Assembly (NCBI GenBank): GCA_964475625.1
Contig: CAYYXK010000002.1
Coordinates: 4,422-68,421, forward strand
Direction of reading: 5' to 3'
Source of the DNA: an uncultured Thermoplasmata archaeon
Lineage (GTDB): Archaea > Thermoplasmatota > Thermoplasmata > WALJ01
Length of the DNA stretch: 64,000 nt
Shown here one piece after another: positions 30,980 to 40,673 of this stretch. Position 1 is the stretch's first letter. Each line of letters starts with the position of its first letter. Below the pieces are notes generated by a model. That model searched no databases. It was not told the origin of the DNA and saw only the letters and a list, made by a program, of their open reading frames with translations. Both the position numbers and the translations under genes were made by a program.

Positions 30980-31843
30980 CTATCTCGATGAAGCAGCTAC
31001 CCTTTCCATCTCTTCCTTTCTGCCAACAGCCCAGCTTGCCGGGTCCGCTCTCGATGCGAGTATTATCTCGTCGGCAAGGCACTGTTCCACCGGTTTTTTC
31101 GTCTTATATGTGCTCTTTACGGCACCTTTGCATATGTTTCTGAGCGCAATGTCAAGTCTTCTTGCAGCCGAAGTATCCACGGCTTTCTGGACGGAGATGC
31201 CCCCGAACTGCAGCCTCGTTATCTCTTCCATCGGAGCAGCGTTGGAGAGTGCATCGACAAGAACCTGCACCGGATTCTTTTTCGTCCTTTTCTCAATTAT
31301 CTCGAAGGCGGACCTGACCACCTTATATGTCTTGACTTTTTTTCCGGTGTATTTCTCTGTCCGCATCATGTTGTTCATCAGCCTCTCGACGATGTTCATC
31401 CTGTGCTTTCCGAACTCTCTTCTGGAATATTTTGCCTCCGTATGCGGAAGTACCACCGGAGAAAGGTTGATGTATTTCACAAGTGACGGATCATTTACCT
31501 GAACGTCCGAAAGATCGTATTTTCCGAAGAGCGGAGGTATATTGACCTGTGCAAGAAGTTCCATCCTCTCTTCTTTGCTCATGGGCTCGTCCGCAGCCTC
31601 GGAACCTTTTTTCTCCTTTTTGAGCTCAACAGGGGCCGCGCTCTTTTCCGGGCCCGTTTCTTTCACTTTCTTCTCTTCCTCGGGCTTCTTTTCCTCTGTT
31701 TCGGGCGCAGCATCAGTCTCTTCCTCGGGCTTAGGAGCCTCACGGGCTTTTTCTTCCTTCACTTTTTCAGGAGACGATTCTACGGGCTTTGCGGGTTCAG
31801 GCTGCTCCTGAGCAACCTCTGTGTTTTTGTTCTCGTCGCTCAT
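30980..31843 (-). CDS. rps7: 30S ribosomal protein S7 (uS7) with an 87-aa E/K/P-rich low-complexity N-terminal extension
   Basis: Conserved S7 core from MSKEERMELLAQ... onward; the long-form ATG 31843 sits 5 nt after the rps12 stop with GGTGAGGTGA SD-like sequence upstream, whereas the internal Met (31582) has no SD. Confidence 0.8.
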   Translation of the reverse strand: MSDENKNTEVAQEQPEPAKPVESSPEKVKEEKAREAPKPEEETDAAPETEEKKPEEEKKVKETGPEKSAAPVELKKEKKGSEAADEPMSKEERMELLAQVNIPPLFGKYDLSDVQVNDPSLVKYINLSPVVLPHTEAKYSRREFGKHRMNIVERLMNNMMRTEKYTGKKVKTYKVVRSAFEIIEKRTKKNPVQVLVDALSNAAPMEEITRLQFGGISVQKAVDTSAARRLDIALRNICKGAVKSTYKTKKPVEQCLADEIILASRADPASWAVGRKEEMERVAASSR

Positions 31844-31847
31844 TTCA

Positions 31848-32276
31848 TCACCTCACCGGTTTCTCCTTCTTTCCGGTAACAAGCTCCCTCAAAGAGACAT
31901 TGTTGACCTTTATTACTTTGAATCTCACTCCCGGAAGGTCTCCGTATGACCTGCCCAGTCTTCCGCCTATGCCTTCTATAAGGACTTCGTCATGCTCGTC
32001 GATGAAGTTTATGGCACCTTCTCCCACGGCGAAAGCCGTAACCTGCCTTCCGTTCTTTATTAACTGCACTTTGACGCATTTTCTTATGGCGGAGTTCGGC
32101 TGTTTCGCCTCTATTCCGACCTTTTCTATGACGATGCCTCTCGCCTGTGCAGAACCCTCCAGAGGGTCGGCTTTCTCGCGGAGCTTGAGAATCCTTCTCT
32201 TGTAATATCTATCGCTCCACCTGAATTTCTGGTGATCCTGCTTGAACTTATGTGCAGCGTACAATCCATTTGCCAC
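31848..32276 (-). CDS. rps12: 30S ribosomal protein S12 (uS12)
   Basis: 142 aa; [28 protein letters not shown] is canonical. Confidence 0.95.
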   Translation of the reverse strand: MANGLYAAHKFKQDHQKFRWSDRYYKRRILKLREKADPLEGSAQARGIVIEKVGIEAKQPNSAIRKCVKVQLIKNGRQVTAFAVGEGAINFIDEHDEVLIEGIGGRLGRSYGDLPGVRFKVIKVNNVSLRELVTGKKEKPVR

Positions 32277-32348
32277 ATTATCACTCCTTTATCTGTTGAG
32301 TAAGCCGCCTAAACTCTTTTCGTATATAAGCCTACCTCATATCTCGCA

Positions 32349-33785
32349 TCAGCTTATGTTCTTCTCAATTTCATCCGTGATACCCTCTCCCCCGGGGTAT
32401 ATCCGTGTCTTGCTGAAGTCGAACGCATTGCCCCTTATGAGATTCTTGGGTTCTTCGGGGTTGAACAGAGAGTTGAAGAATACCGATTCCTTTCTCCCGT
32501 TCACAAGATATGTTATCACAACCCCATTAACCCTTGCTATCGGAAAGCTCTCGATTATCAGGTCTATACCGAGTATCCTCGTGCTCTTTTCCTCTATCTC
32601 CTCCATCGCGATTTCATGGAACTGTGTCGCCGAAGAGACCTTTCCTCCTATTTCCCTGCCGGTCCCTTCGTCATGAGGCATGAGTTTGAGGGCGGTTATG
32701 CCGAATATGTTTGAAAGGTCCGAGTAGTTCCCGGGAAAATCCCAGCTCAGGAGGTATCGGAGGAGCGGCTTCATTCCGTGGGCAGGTGGATATGGGTTGT
32801 CAGTTCCGAACGCAATCTTCGAGGACCAATAGTTGTGTTTGGAATATCCGAACGAAAGGAAGTACATCTCCTCAACCTCTTTTTTCGAGAGGCTTTCCAG
32901 TCCTGGAGCTTCGAACATCATCCCGTAATCTATGCCTTTGGCATTTGAAAAAAATGCATCGTAACTATCCGGTTTCAGGGTGGAAAGTTCACCGAATATG
33001 TTCGGATGACTGAGGGCTTCGAAGAGTTTGGGATTCTCCGAGCCGTTCCACGGGGCATGGCCTATCATGACCTTCAGTCTGGGTATGAGTTCCAGTTTTT
33101 CCTCCTGAACAAGTTCTTCGACTGTTTTCGCAACCGCCTTATGAAGCTCTTCGCCCATCTCATCCTGTGTATGGAATATGGCAGGTATATCGTGTTCAGC
33201 CAGCCTTTTAAGGACATTTCGGACATTTTCGGAGTTTATCTTGAAGTTCTCCGATTTCGGATGCAGTTTGAAGCCTTTCATACCCATCTGCGCTCCGCTG
33301 TCCACCGTATCGAGGGCATCACTGTGGTTCGGGTCCACCCTGCCGTAGCCGAAGAATCTAAGGTTGTTGTGCGGCTTCCTGCTCGGGGATTTCTCGGTGA
33401 GAGCCTGCCTGACCGATTCATTCACCCTTCTGTAATCTCTTGGAAGCGGATCCTCCGTATCGGATGGAAAAGTTACGAAGAAATCGAAACCGAGATATTT
33501 CGTTATATGTTTCGAAAGGTCTTCTCCGTGTGCCAGAGTATACAGGTCCCTCTGGCAGAACTCATAGAAATCCGGACCATGTGCCTGCAGTTTCCAAGGG
33601 AAGGAATACCTGTATTCTTCCTTTTTCTCCCTCATCTCTTTGACTATCTCCTTAATGGTTTTATGATATCTGCGTACGAATTCCGTGGGAAGCAGGCCTT
33701 TCAAACCCTCCACCTTTATATGGGTGTGGGCATCCACCATAACGAAACTTCGAGTCTCTTCGAACTCATCTTTTACGAGAAGCAC
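32349..33785 (-). CDS. Amidohydrolase-2 family (TIM-barrel metal-dependent hydrolase) protein with about 110-aa C-terminal extension
   Basis: N-terminal VDAHTHI (HxH), mid H (MIGHAPW), C-terminal AFGTDNPYP (GSD-x-P-like) motifs of PF04909-type amidohydrolases. Confidence 0.55.
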   Translation of the reverse strand: MLLVKDEFEETRSFVMVDAHTHIKVEGLKGLLPTEFVRRYHKTIKEIVKEMREKKEEYRYSFPWKLQAHGPDFYEFCQRDLYTLAHGEDLSKHITKYLGFDFFVTFPSDTEDPLPRDYRRVNESVRQALTEKSPSRKPHNNLRFFGYGRVDPNHSDALDTVDSGAQMGMKGFKLHPKSENFKINSENVRNVLKRLAEHDIPAIFHTQDEMGEELHKAVAKTVEELVQEEKLELIPRLKVMIGHAPWNGSENPKLFEALSHPNIFGELSTLKPDSYDAFFSNAKGIDYGMMFEAPGLESLSKKEVEEMYFLSFGYSKHNYWSSKIAFGTDNPYPPAHGMKPLLRYLLSWDFPGNYSDLSNIFGITALKLMPHDEGTGREIGGKVSSATQFHEIAMEEIEEKSTRILGIDLIIESFPIARVNGVVITYLVNGRKESVFFNSLFNPEEPKNLIRGNAFDFSKTRIYPGGEGITDEIEKNIS

Positions 33786-35286
33786 GCTTCTTTCCTCCTA
33801 GGGCCTCCTTGCACCCTATCGGATGATAGACGAGAGGGTCATACCACATATTACGCCCGTTTCTCGTAGCCTTTATCATGTGTTTGACCACGGTCTCCAT
33901 ATCCTCTCCTGTTTTTGCATAGTCGAGCATCCAGTATTGTGCCGGGGAAGAGCCGTTGCCATCACATGCGTATACGGATGCCCTTATCGGGTTGAGGAAT
34001 AGGGAATGTATGATCTTCATCTCTTTGAATTCAGGATTCAAGAATCTGAGCATTTCCAGAGTGGTGTCCGAGAATATCATGTCGGAAAAGCGAGAGTATT
34101 TCAGTTTCGTTTCCTTTCTCGAGAACATGCTTTTCTTTTTCGGTTTGAACCAGCTCCCACCCTGTACCGCCACTTTTTTCATATCGAACAGGTCTTTGTT
34201 CTGAGTCTTCATGGCACGTTTCACTTTCGGGTCGATATGTCCGTTCTCCGCCATTTTCATGGCTTTCAATGCCACCGCCTGTATTATCATAGCTATGCCT
34301 ATTCTGCGGGCGACACTCGGTTGTGAGTCCGATATCCTGATCTCTGTGGTGTGATTGTCCGGAGACCACGGATCCATGTCTAGAAAATGAGTATTGGTTC
34401 TAAAGGATCTGTTCTGCTTCTTAAACTCCTCTATGAAATATTCGGGCCCCTGCCATCCTTTTTCCAGATAAGGGACATATTCCTGTGAGCCGAAATTACA
34501 AAGGTGTTTCTTGTTGTGCATTATCCTCAGGCTTCGTGCACTCCCTATGAACGGCGCTTCCTGATCTCCGTATCGTATCCTTCCCATGATTTTTCCGTCT
34601 ATGAACGGGGAATTTGCGGAGAGAACGGCTATATGGGGTAGGAAAAGTCTCATGAGATGGTAGAAATTGGAAAGTGTCTTTTTCTGCATCTCGTTCTTCG
34701 GGTCCATCAGTATGCCGATATGGTGGTGGTCGCCGCATGTCGGAAAAGATTCCCCTCTCATAGCCTCCTGAAGGTCTTCATACGGGCTTGAACCCGCGGC
34801 CATAAGGTATACTTTAAGGTTTATTTCATCCAGTCTTTCAACTATAAGGCTTATCAGTGCGGAGGTCCACCATGCCAGTTCATAGAAAGAGTCAGCCGGA
34901 GGCGTCGCCAGTTCAAGGACGGGCCATTCCACTACATTGCGGTCTATGGATACCAGCTCGTTGCTTACCTTTTTTCCTCTAACATCATAGTCCACCTTCA
35001 GAGCATCATACGTAGAGCCCTTGGAAGGACCCCAGTATATCTTCAGAACCTTTTTTTTATATTCCGGAGGCATCCTTCTTCGAAGTGTCCTAGCAAGGTC
35101 CGAATCGGTTATTTTGCTGTATATCTTCTCAACGGCACCGTGGCCCAGTTTTTTTCCATGGTTCGTGACAAGGAAATACTCCATCTCGAGGGCATGGTTG
35201 AAAGGGAGCTTGGAACAATCACCTTCAACAGTCAGTGGGTGCTTGGCCCCCGCCTTGTCGAACCAGCGGCTCTTGTCTTCTGTCAT
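33766..35286 (-). CDS. Glutamate-cysteine-ligase family 2 (GCS2 / YbdK-like) carboxylate-amine ligase, long form (506 aa)
   Basis: GDHHHIGIL and LSANSPF motifs (GCS2 H-x-H and NSPF signature); overlaps the downstream amidohydrolase gene by 20 nt. Confidence 0.55.
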   Translation of the reverse strand: MTEDKSRWFDKAGAKHPLTVEGDCSKLPFNHALEMEYFLVTNHGKKLGHGAVEKIYSKITDSDLARTLRRRMPPEYKKKVLKIYWGPSKGSTYDALKVDYDVRGKKVSNELVSIDRNVVEWPVLELATPPADSFYELAWWTSALISLIVERLDEINLKVYLMAAGSSPYEDLQEAMRGESFPTCGDHHHIGILMDPKNEMQKKTLSNFYHLMRLFLPHIAVLSANSPFIDGKIMGRIRYGDQEAPFIGSARSLRIMHNKKHLCNFGSQEYVPYLEKGWQGPEYFIEEFKKQNRSFRTNTHFLDMDPWSPDNHTTEIRISDSQPSVARRIGIAMIIQAVALKAMKMAENGHIDPKVKRAMKTQNKDLFDMKKVAVQGGSWFKPKKKSMFSRKETKLKYSRFSDMIFSDTTLEMLRFLNPEFKEMKIIHSLFLNPIRASVYACDGNGSSPAQYWMLDYAKTGEDMETVVKHMIKATRNGRNMWYDPLVYHPIGCKEALGGKKRASRKR

Positions 35287-35310
35287 GGACCGGAAGTCAT
35301 CCGAAGGGTC

Positions 35311-35320
35311 TTTTTAAATC
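35311..35320 (-). promoter_or_regulatory. Candidate TATA box (TTTAAAAA on the minus strand) about 30 bp upstream of the GCS2-ligase gene start
   Basis: A/T-rich TATA-like element at the archaeal promoter distance in the divergent intergenic region. Confidence 0.35.
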
Positions 35321-35410
35321 TTTGCGCACGGGCTTTCAGATATATGAACGGCGAAAAACGACGCTTTCGGAAGTGAAGTATACACATCCGGGTCGTAGTG
35401 CGGTATTATG

Positions 35411-35418
35411 TTTATATA
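35411..35418 (+). promoter_or_regulatory. Candidate TATA box TTTATATA about 33 bp upstream of the oadA ATG at 35448
   Basis: Same spacing as the TATA before the 6070 gene; supports 35448 rather than the ORF-track start at 35235. Confidence 0.4.
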
Positions 35419-35447
35419 GGGGCAGGATGTGTCCGCATCCGATTTTT

Positions 35448-37232
35448 ATGGTACAGCTAACAGATACCCTGTTCCGGGATGCACATCAGTCGCTCATCGC
35501 AACGAGGATGAGGACAGAGGACATGCTGGAAGCCCTGCCACTGATGGACGATGTGGGCTTTTTCTCCCTTGAAGTGTGGGGTGGAGCCACATTCGATGTT
35601 TCCATGCGATTTCTGAACGAAGACCCTTGGGAACGACTGAGGACGATAAAGAGATACGCCCGCAACACAAAGCTTCAGATGCTTGAAAGGGCCATGAACA
35701 TCGTAGCATACAGGAATTTCCCGGATGACGTGGTGGACCGGTTCATCTACTTCGCAAAGAAGAACGGCGTGGATGTTTTCAGGATATTCGATGCACTCAA
35801 TGACCTGAGGAACATGGAAACACCCATAAAGGCCACGAAGAAGTACGGTGGGCATGTGCAGGCCGCGCTCTCCTTTACGATAAGCCCGGTCCATACGGTG
35901 GAGAACTATGTGGAGAACTTCAGGAAGCTGGAGTCCATGGGTGCGGATTCCCTCGTTCTCAAAGACATGGCCGGTATGATAAGCCCCAAGACCGCATATG
36001 AGATAATATCTCAGACAAGGGACGCTGTCAAGATTCCCGTGGCGCTCCATTCCCACAGAATAAGCGGGATGACCGAGATGGCCTACTGGGAAGCTGCACG
36101 AGCCGGGGCATTCTGCCTCGACACATCCCTTTCCCCGTTCTCCGGTGCGACCAGCCAGCCTCCCACGGAGTCGGTGGTGAGTGCGTTCAAGGGTACGGAA
36201 TATGACACAGGATACGACATGGAGATTCTTCTTCAGGCCAGAAAGATAATGAAGAAGGTATGGGAGAAGTACGCACCCCTTCACAGGGAACAGACCCTCA
36301 TGGTGGACCCTTCGATAATAAGCCATCAGATACCGGGCGGTATGTTCTCGAACCTCATATCTCAGTTGGAACAGCAGAAGGCCTTGAACCGTTTGGATGC
36401 TGTTCTGGAAGAGGTTCCGCGGGTAAGAAAGGACCTCGGATATCCGCCGCTCGTCACACCTACGAGCCAGATAGTCGGGGTTCAGGCAGTCATGAACGTT
36501 CTCAGCGGAGAAAGATACAAGATAGTCACGGAGGAAACGAAGAACTATGTTCGAGGCATGTATGGCAAACCGCCGGCAGAGATATCAAAGGAAATATATG
36601 TGAAGATACTCGGCCCGAACTGGCAAGATGAGGTCATAGATGTGCGGCCCGCCGACCTTCTCAAACCCGAATATGATGAGGCGAAGAAGAAGCTTCAGGA
36701 GATGGGCCTTATGCACAAAGAGGAAGATGTCCTCACATACATTCTCTATCCGCAGGTCGCTGTCAGCTTCCTTAAAGGTGAGATAAAACCCGAGACCATC
36801 GGAGAGAAGAAAGTGCCCGCTCCTGCACCTAAGAAGGTGGCATCCCCGCAAGCACAGGGCCCGAGAAGATACACCGTTACCGTTAACGGGACAGTATATG
36901 ATGTGGTCGTGGAACCCGGCCCGAACGGCCCCGTAGTGAAATCAATGGCGCCCGCACAGGCAAATCCGCCCTCTCAAGAGAAAAAGGCAGACGCTGCACC
37001 GCAATCCGGTCCGGCGAAGGGTACGGAGATAATAAGTCCCATGCTTGGTGTGATAACCAAGGTCGTAGTCAAGCCGGGCGACCATGTCAAAAGGGGGCAG
37101 ACGATTGCGATACTTGAAGCGATGAAGATGGAGAACGAGGTGGTCAGCGATATCGACGGCATCGTCAAAGCGGTGTATGTCCAGCCGGGACAGGAGGTCG
37201 ATTCCGGGACTACCATCGCAGTGGTGGGCTGA
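35448..37232 (+). CDS. oadA: Oxaloacetate decarboxylase alpha subunit / pyruvate-carboxyltransferase-type biotin protein (carboxyltransferase domain + P/A-rich linker + biotinyl domain)
   Basis: DTLFRDAHQSL (HMGL-like carboxyltransferase), C-terminal biotinylation motif EAMKMENEV. Confidence 0.85.
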   Translation: MVQLTDTLFRDAHQSLIATRMRTEDMLEALPLMDDVGFFSLEVWGGATFDVSMRFLNEDPWERLRTIKRYARNTKLQMLERAMNIVAYRNFPDDVVDRFIYFAKKNGVDVFRIFDALNDLRNMETPIKATKKYGGHVQAALSFTISPVHTVENYVENFRKLESMGADSLVLKDMAGMISPKTAYEIISQTRDAVKIPVALHSHRISGMTEMAYWEAARAGAFCLDTSLSPFSGATSQPPTESVVSAFKGTEYDTGYDMEILLQARKIMKKVWEKYAPLHREQTLMVDPSIISHQIPGGMFSNLISQLEQQKALNRLDAVLEEVPRVRKDLGYPPLVTPTSQIVGVQAVMNVLSGERYKIVTEETKNYVRGMYGKPPAEISKEIYVKILGPNWQDEVIDVRPADLLKPEYDEAKKKLQEMGLMHKEEDVLTYILYPQVAVSFLKGEIKPETIGEKKVPAPAPKKVASPQAQGPRRYTVTVNGTVYDVVVEPGPNGPVVKSMAPAQANPPSQEKKADAAPQSGPAKGTEIISPMLGVITKVVVKPGDHVKRGQTIAILEAMKMENEVVSDIDGIVKAVYVQPGQEVDSGTTIAVVG

Positions 37233-37906
37233 TGAGAAAAACAGCGATTCTGGCCGGGCTCCTCCTATTTATCCTTGTAACGGGCAGTGTCGCGGCCAAA
37301 CCCGATCTGAGTTCCAGCTCCGAAAGCATAGTGTTTGAGAACAGCAGCGGAGAGGTAGTGAACATCATTTTTTCGGGAGAGAAGGTCAACATAAGCGTTA
37401 CGGTTTCGAACACCGGCAATGAGCCTGCCAATTTCTCCGTTGCGTTTTATGACGGAAATCCCTCGGATGGCGGCAAGCTCATAGGAACGGCGGACTCGCA
37501 TGTCAATGGGAGCGATTACTCCGTAGTCACCATAACATGGCAGCCCGACCCCCAGTCCAGAGGATATCATGCTATCTGGGTATTGATAGACCCGGACAAC
37601 ACCGTGGATGAGATAGACGAGAGCAATAACGAATATCACCGGACCATATTCATACAGATACCGTCCAGCATAGATTTCGGCCTGCATGTGATGGCAGTGG
37701 GCCTGACAGTCGTCTTATCCTCGCTCATAATCCTTGCGACTGTACTCCAGATATTCGGAAAGATCGTGGAGGGCTACGAGGCAAAGCATGCGGTAGCATC
37801 GGCGCCATCCGCATCATCCGCCCCGGCGGTTATGGATGAAAAAGAGAAGGCGGCGGTCATATCCGCAGCTATCGAGGCCTATGAAGAAGACACAGGAGGT
37901 AAGTAG
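37232..37906 (+). CDS. OadG-like decarboxylase gamma subunit fused to an N-terminal secreted CARDB-like domain
   Basis: Signal peptide; CARDB-like VTVSNTGNEPA...NESNNEY; single TM; C-terminal AAVISAAIEAYEE resembles the OadG tail; ATGA overlap with oadA. Confidence 0.5.
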   Translation: MRKTAILAGLLLFILVTGSVAAKPDLSSSSESIVFENSSGEVVNIIFSGEKVNISVTVSNTGNEPANFSVAFYDGNPSDGGKLIGTADSHVNGSDYSVVTITWQPDPQSRGYHAIWVLIDPDNTVDEIDESNNEYHRTIFIQIPSSIDFGLHVMAVGLTVVLSSLIILATVLQIFGKIVEGYEAKHAVASAPSASSAPAVMDEKEKAAVISAAIEAYEEDTGGK

Positions 37907-39028
37907 ATGCTTGACGGTATTTATAACACGGGAATAGAGAATCTCGATATCGGCACGATAGTTCTTTTTGCGGTCGGAGTACTGCTGATAGCTCTGGCAA
38001 TAAAAAAAGAGTGGGAGCCATACGAACTGCTGCCTCTCGGATTCGGGATAATCCTTGCAAATTTCCCGCTCACATATATGCTAACACCGGGAACGCAGCC
38101 CGGCATCCTGTATGTCCTCCATCAATACGGGATAATGTATGTCGTACTCCCAACGCTCATATTCGTGGGACTGGGTGCAATGACCGATTTCGGCCCCCTT
38201 ATCGCAAACCCAAAGCTCATGATCCTCGGAATAGCGGCTCAGATAGGGATATATATCGCATTTTTGGGGGCGATATTACTGGGTTTCACTCCCGGCGAGG
38301 CTGCGAGCATCGCAATAATCGGCGGTGCGGACGGGCCGACAACGATATTCACAACAACACGGCTGGCCCCACACATACTAGGTATAACCGCAGTTGCTGC
38401 ATACACATACATCGGGATGGTCCCATTCATCCAGCCCCCCATATCGAGGCTTCTCACGACAAAGAATGAGAGGAAGATAAGGATGAAGCCTCTTAGAAAG
38501 GTTTCAAAGACCGAGAAGATGCTTTTCCCACTGATAACCTCGTTTGTCGTTATACTTCTGGTCCCTCAGGCAGGCACGATACTAGGCCTGTTCATGTTCG
38601 GCAATCTTCTCAGGGAGAGCGGGGTCGTCCCAAGGCTTGCAAAGTCAGCACAGAATGAACTAACGAATCTCGTAACCATGTTTCTCGCATTCGCTGTGGG
38701 CGTTTCCCTGACATCAGACGCACTCAGTCTCAAGTTCCTCCTGGTCTTTGTCCTCGGTCTCGTGGCAGTAGGCGGAGGAACGGCAGGCGGCATACTGACC
38801 GCCAAACTGATGAACCTGTTCCTCAAAGGAGACAACAAGATAAATCCACTCATAGGGGCGGCAGGCGTGAGTGCCGTACCGGCAGCGGCCCGTGTTGCAC
38901 AGAGAGAGGCACTCAACGAGGACCCGAGTAACCACATACTGATGTATGCGATGGCCCCCAATGTGGCGGGAGTGATAGGTTCGGCCGCTGCGGCAGGCGT
39001 GTTCCTCGGATTGCTGGGGACATTATAA
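37907..39028 (+). CDS. oadB: Na+-translocating decarboxylase beta subunit (OadB family)
   Basis: About 373 aa, polytopic; N-terminus MLDGIYNTGIENLDIGTIVLF and overall pattern of the OadB/GcdB family. Confidence 0.8.
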   Translation: MLDGIYNTGIENLDIGTIVLFAVGVLLIALAIKKEWEPYELLPLGFGIILANFPLTYMLTPGTQPGILYVLHQYGIMYVVLPTLIFVGLGAMTDFGPLIANPKLMILGIAAQIGIYIAFLGAILLGFTPGEAASIAIIGGADGPTTIFTTTRLAPHILGITAVAAYTYIGMVPFIQPPISRLLTTKNERKIRMKPLRKVSKTEKMLFPLITSFVVILLVPQAGTILGLFMFGNLLRESGVVPRLAKSAQNELTNLVTMFLAFAVGVSLTSDALSLKFLLVFVLGLVAVGGGTAGGILTAKLMNLFLKGDNKINPLIGAAGVSAVPAAARVAQREALNEDPSNHILMYAMAPNVAGVIGSAAAAGVFLGLLGTL

Positions 39029-39708
39029 TGAATGGAATGCTGGAACTGGATGAAGTCGAATCCACGAACTCATATGTGATGGAACATGCCTCGGACATGA
39101 AAGAGTGGGAGATAACGATTGCCAGAAGACAGACTGGCGGACGCGGAAGGAAGGGCCATACATGGAAATCCCCCGAAGGAGGCCTGTGGATGACCGTTTT
39201 CCTGAAGGATACGGATGCCAGTCTTCTACCTCTTTCCGCAGGTGTGGCTGTTGCAGAGAGCATCATGGACCTCGGGATAAGAACATGTCTGAAATGGCCC
39301 AACGACCTTCTGGTAGGCAACAAAAAAATAGCGGGCATACTCGTCGAGAAGAAAGGGACGAACATCGCTCTGGGCATCGGAATAAACGCAAATTTCCATA
39401 CGGATGAGCTTCCTACGGATATAAGGGAGAGAAGTACGACAATATTGGATGAAACAGGACATTCCGTCGATATACGGCAGCTTGCCACGGACATACGGAA
39501 CAGGCTCGTAGAGGTCCTCGCAATGCACGATATGGGCCTTTCAATCTGGAAAGACCTCTCCTGCACTCTGGGAAGAAGGGTGGAAATAACGAGTGCATCC
39601 CGGAAAATAAAGGGATTGGCACTGGACGTGGATAAAAACGGAGCGCTCCTCGTAAGGACTGAGAAGGGAATAATACGTGTTCTGGCCGGTGACTGCCGCC
39701 ATATTTAG
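39028..39708 (+). CDS. birA: Biotin--protein ligase
   Basis: RRQTGGRGRKGHTWKSPEGGLW (GRGR-x-G-x-W biotin-binding loop); overlaps the oadB stop. Confidence 0.8.
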   Translation: MNGMLELDEVESTNSYVMEHASDMKEWEITIARRQTGGRGRKGHTWKSPEGGLWMTVFLKDTDASLLPLSAGVAVAESIMDLGIRTCLKWPNDLLVGNKKIAGILVEKKGTNIALGIGINANFHTDELPTDIRERSTTILDETGHSVDIRQLATDIRNRLVEVLAMHDMGLSIWKDLSCTLGRRVEITSASRKIKGLALDVDKNGALLVRTEKGIIRVLAGDCRHI

Positions 39709-40673
39709 AGCATGCAGTCCATAGCCCATTCATCACGGATTCCGAGAACTATTTCAAACTCCCTCACGGTCAGTATCGGCTTGTCATAGCTCATGTGGTC
39801 ATCAAGAGCAATCCTCGGGCACGCCGTCGAGACATAGATATCATATTTCGAGCCGAGCAGAGCCTGAGGGCTTATTCGGTCCATCACAAGGATGTCCGCC
39901 TTTTTTCCCTTCTCTTCGGCTTTTCTTCTCAATTGCTCGGCTGTTCTCATCCTTTTCTGCCCGGGTTTCGCGCTCACCAGTATGGCAGCGTTTTCAAAGT
40001 CCATCGCCTTTGCTATGAGCCCGTATCGTATCCTGAGAAACCTCTCACCCTGTTCTATGACCTCATGTCCTCCCGTTTGCGGGTCAAGTGCCAGCACCCT
40101 CTTTCCGGTGACCATTGCGGCACCGAGCGGGTGGAACCTTCCGGTTCCGATGTAGAGATACATTGAGACCTTCGACTTAACCATAAGGGCGGGCGAGAAA
40201 TTGCAGCCCAGCACCTGTCCGGGATATTTCACACGCCCTGTCGGGCTTCCGATGAGCGCATTTATCCCCTTATCTTTCAGGAAATCCCTGACCTCCTCCA
40301 GCTTATGCACATGCTGGATTGTGGTGAGCAGGCCGATGTTGGGGTCAAGTTCGGACACTATCCCCTCAACAGCCGGAATAAGGTCGGTCTTGTCTCTCAG
40401 TTCGTGGAAATAAACAGGATAATCCAGTTTCAAATTCGGCATCTCGGCGTGTCCGACATGGATGAGCGCATCGCATCCCGCAACATTCGGGTCAACCGTG
40501 TCGCAGGCTCCGAAGTTGCCGCCCATCCAGACACGGGCATCGATTCCAGCGGATTCGAACTGTTCGGCTATCTCTCCGGCAGCGGGTATAAGACCGTCAG
40601 GAACCTGTATCAGCACTCTTTCGTATCCGTTCTCCTTCGCCCACCTCACTGCATCGCTCATATCATATTCCAT
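39705..40673 (-). CDS. dph2: Diphthamide biosynthesis 2-(3-amino-3-carboxypropyl)histidine synthase
   Basis: About 322 aa; three Cys-containing domains (GACDTV, LGCNFSP, STACPRIAL) typical of the archaeal radical-SAM-like Dph2. Confidence 0.7.
   Translation of the reverse strand: MEYDMSDAVRWAKENGYERVLIQVPDGLIPAAGEIAEQFESAGIDARVWMGGNFGACDTVDPNVAGCDALIHVGHAEMPNLKLDYPVYFHELRDKTDLIPAVEGIVSELDPNIGLLTTIQHVHKLEEVRDFLKDKGINALIGSPTGRVKYPGQVLGCNFSPALMVKSKVSMYLYIGTGRFHPLGAAMVTGKRVLALDPQTGGHEVIEQGERFLRIRYGLIAKAMDFENAAILVSAKPGQKRMRTAEQLRRKAEEKGKKADILVMDRISPQALLGSKYDIYVSTACPRIALDDHMSYDKPILTVREFEIVLGIRDEWAMDCML

Noticed and set aside
35235-35447. Upstream 71-codon extension of the oadA ORF
   Set aside because: It would overlap the divergent GCS2-ligase gene and the intergenic TATA box at 35411-35418; the conserved carboxyltransferase N-terminus starts at MVQLTDTLFRDAHQSL (ATG 35448)
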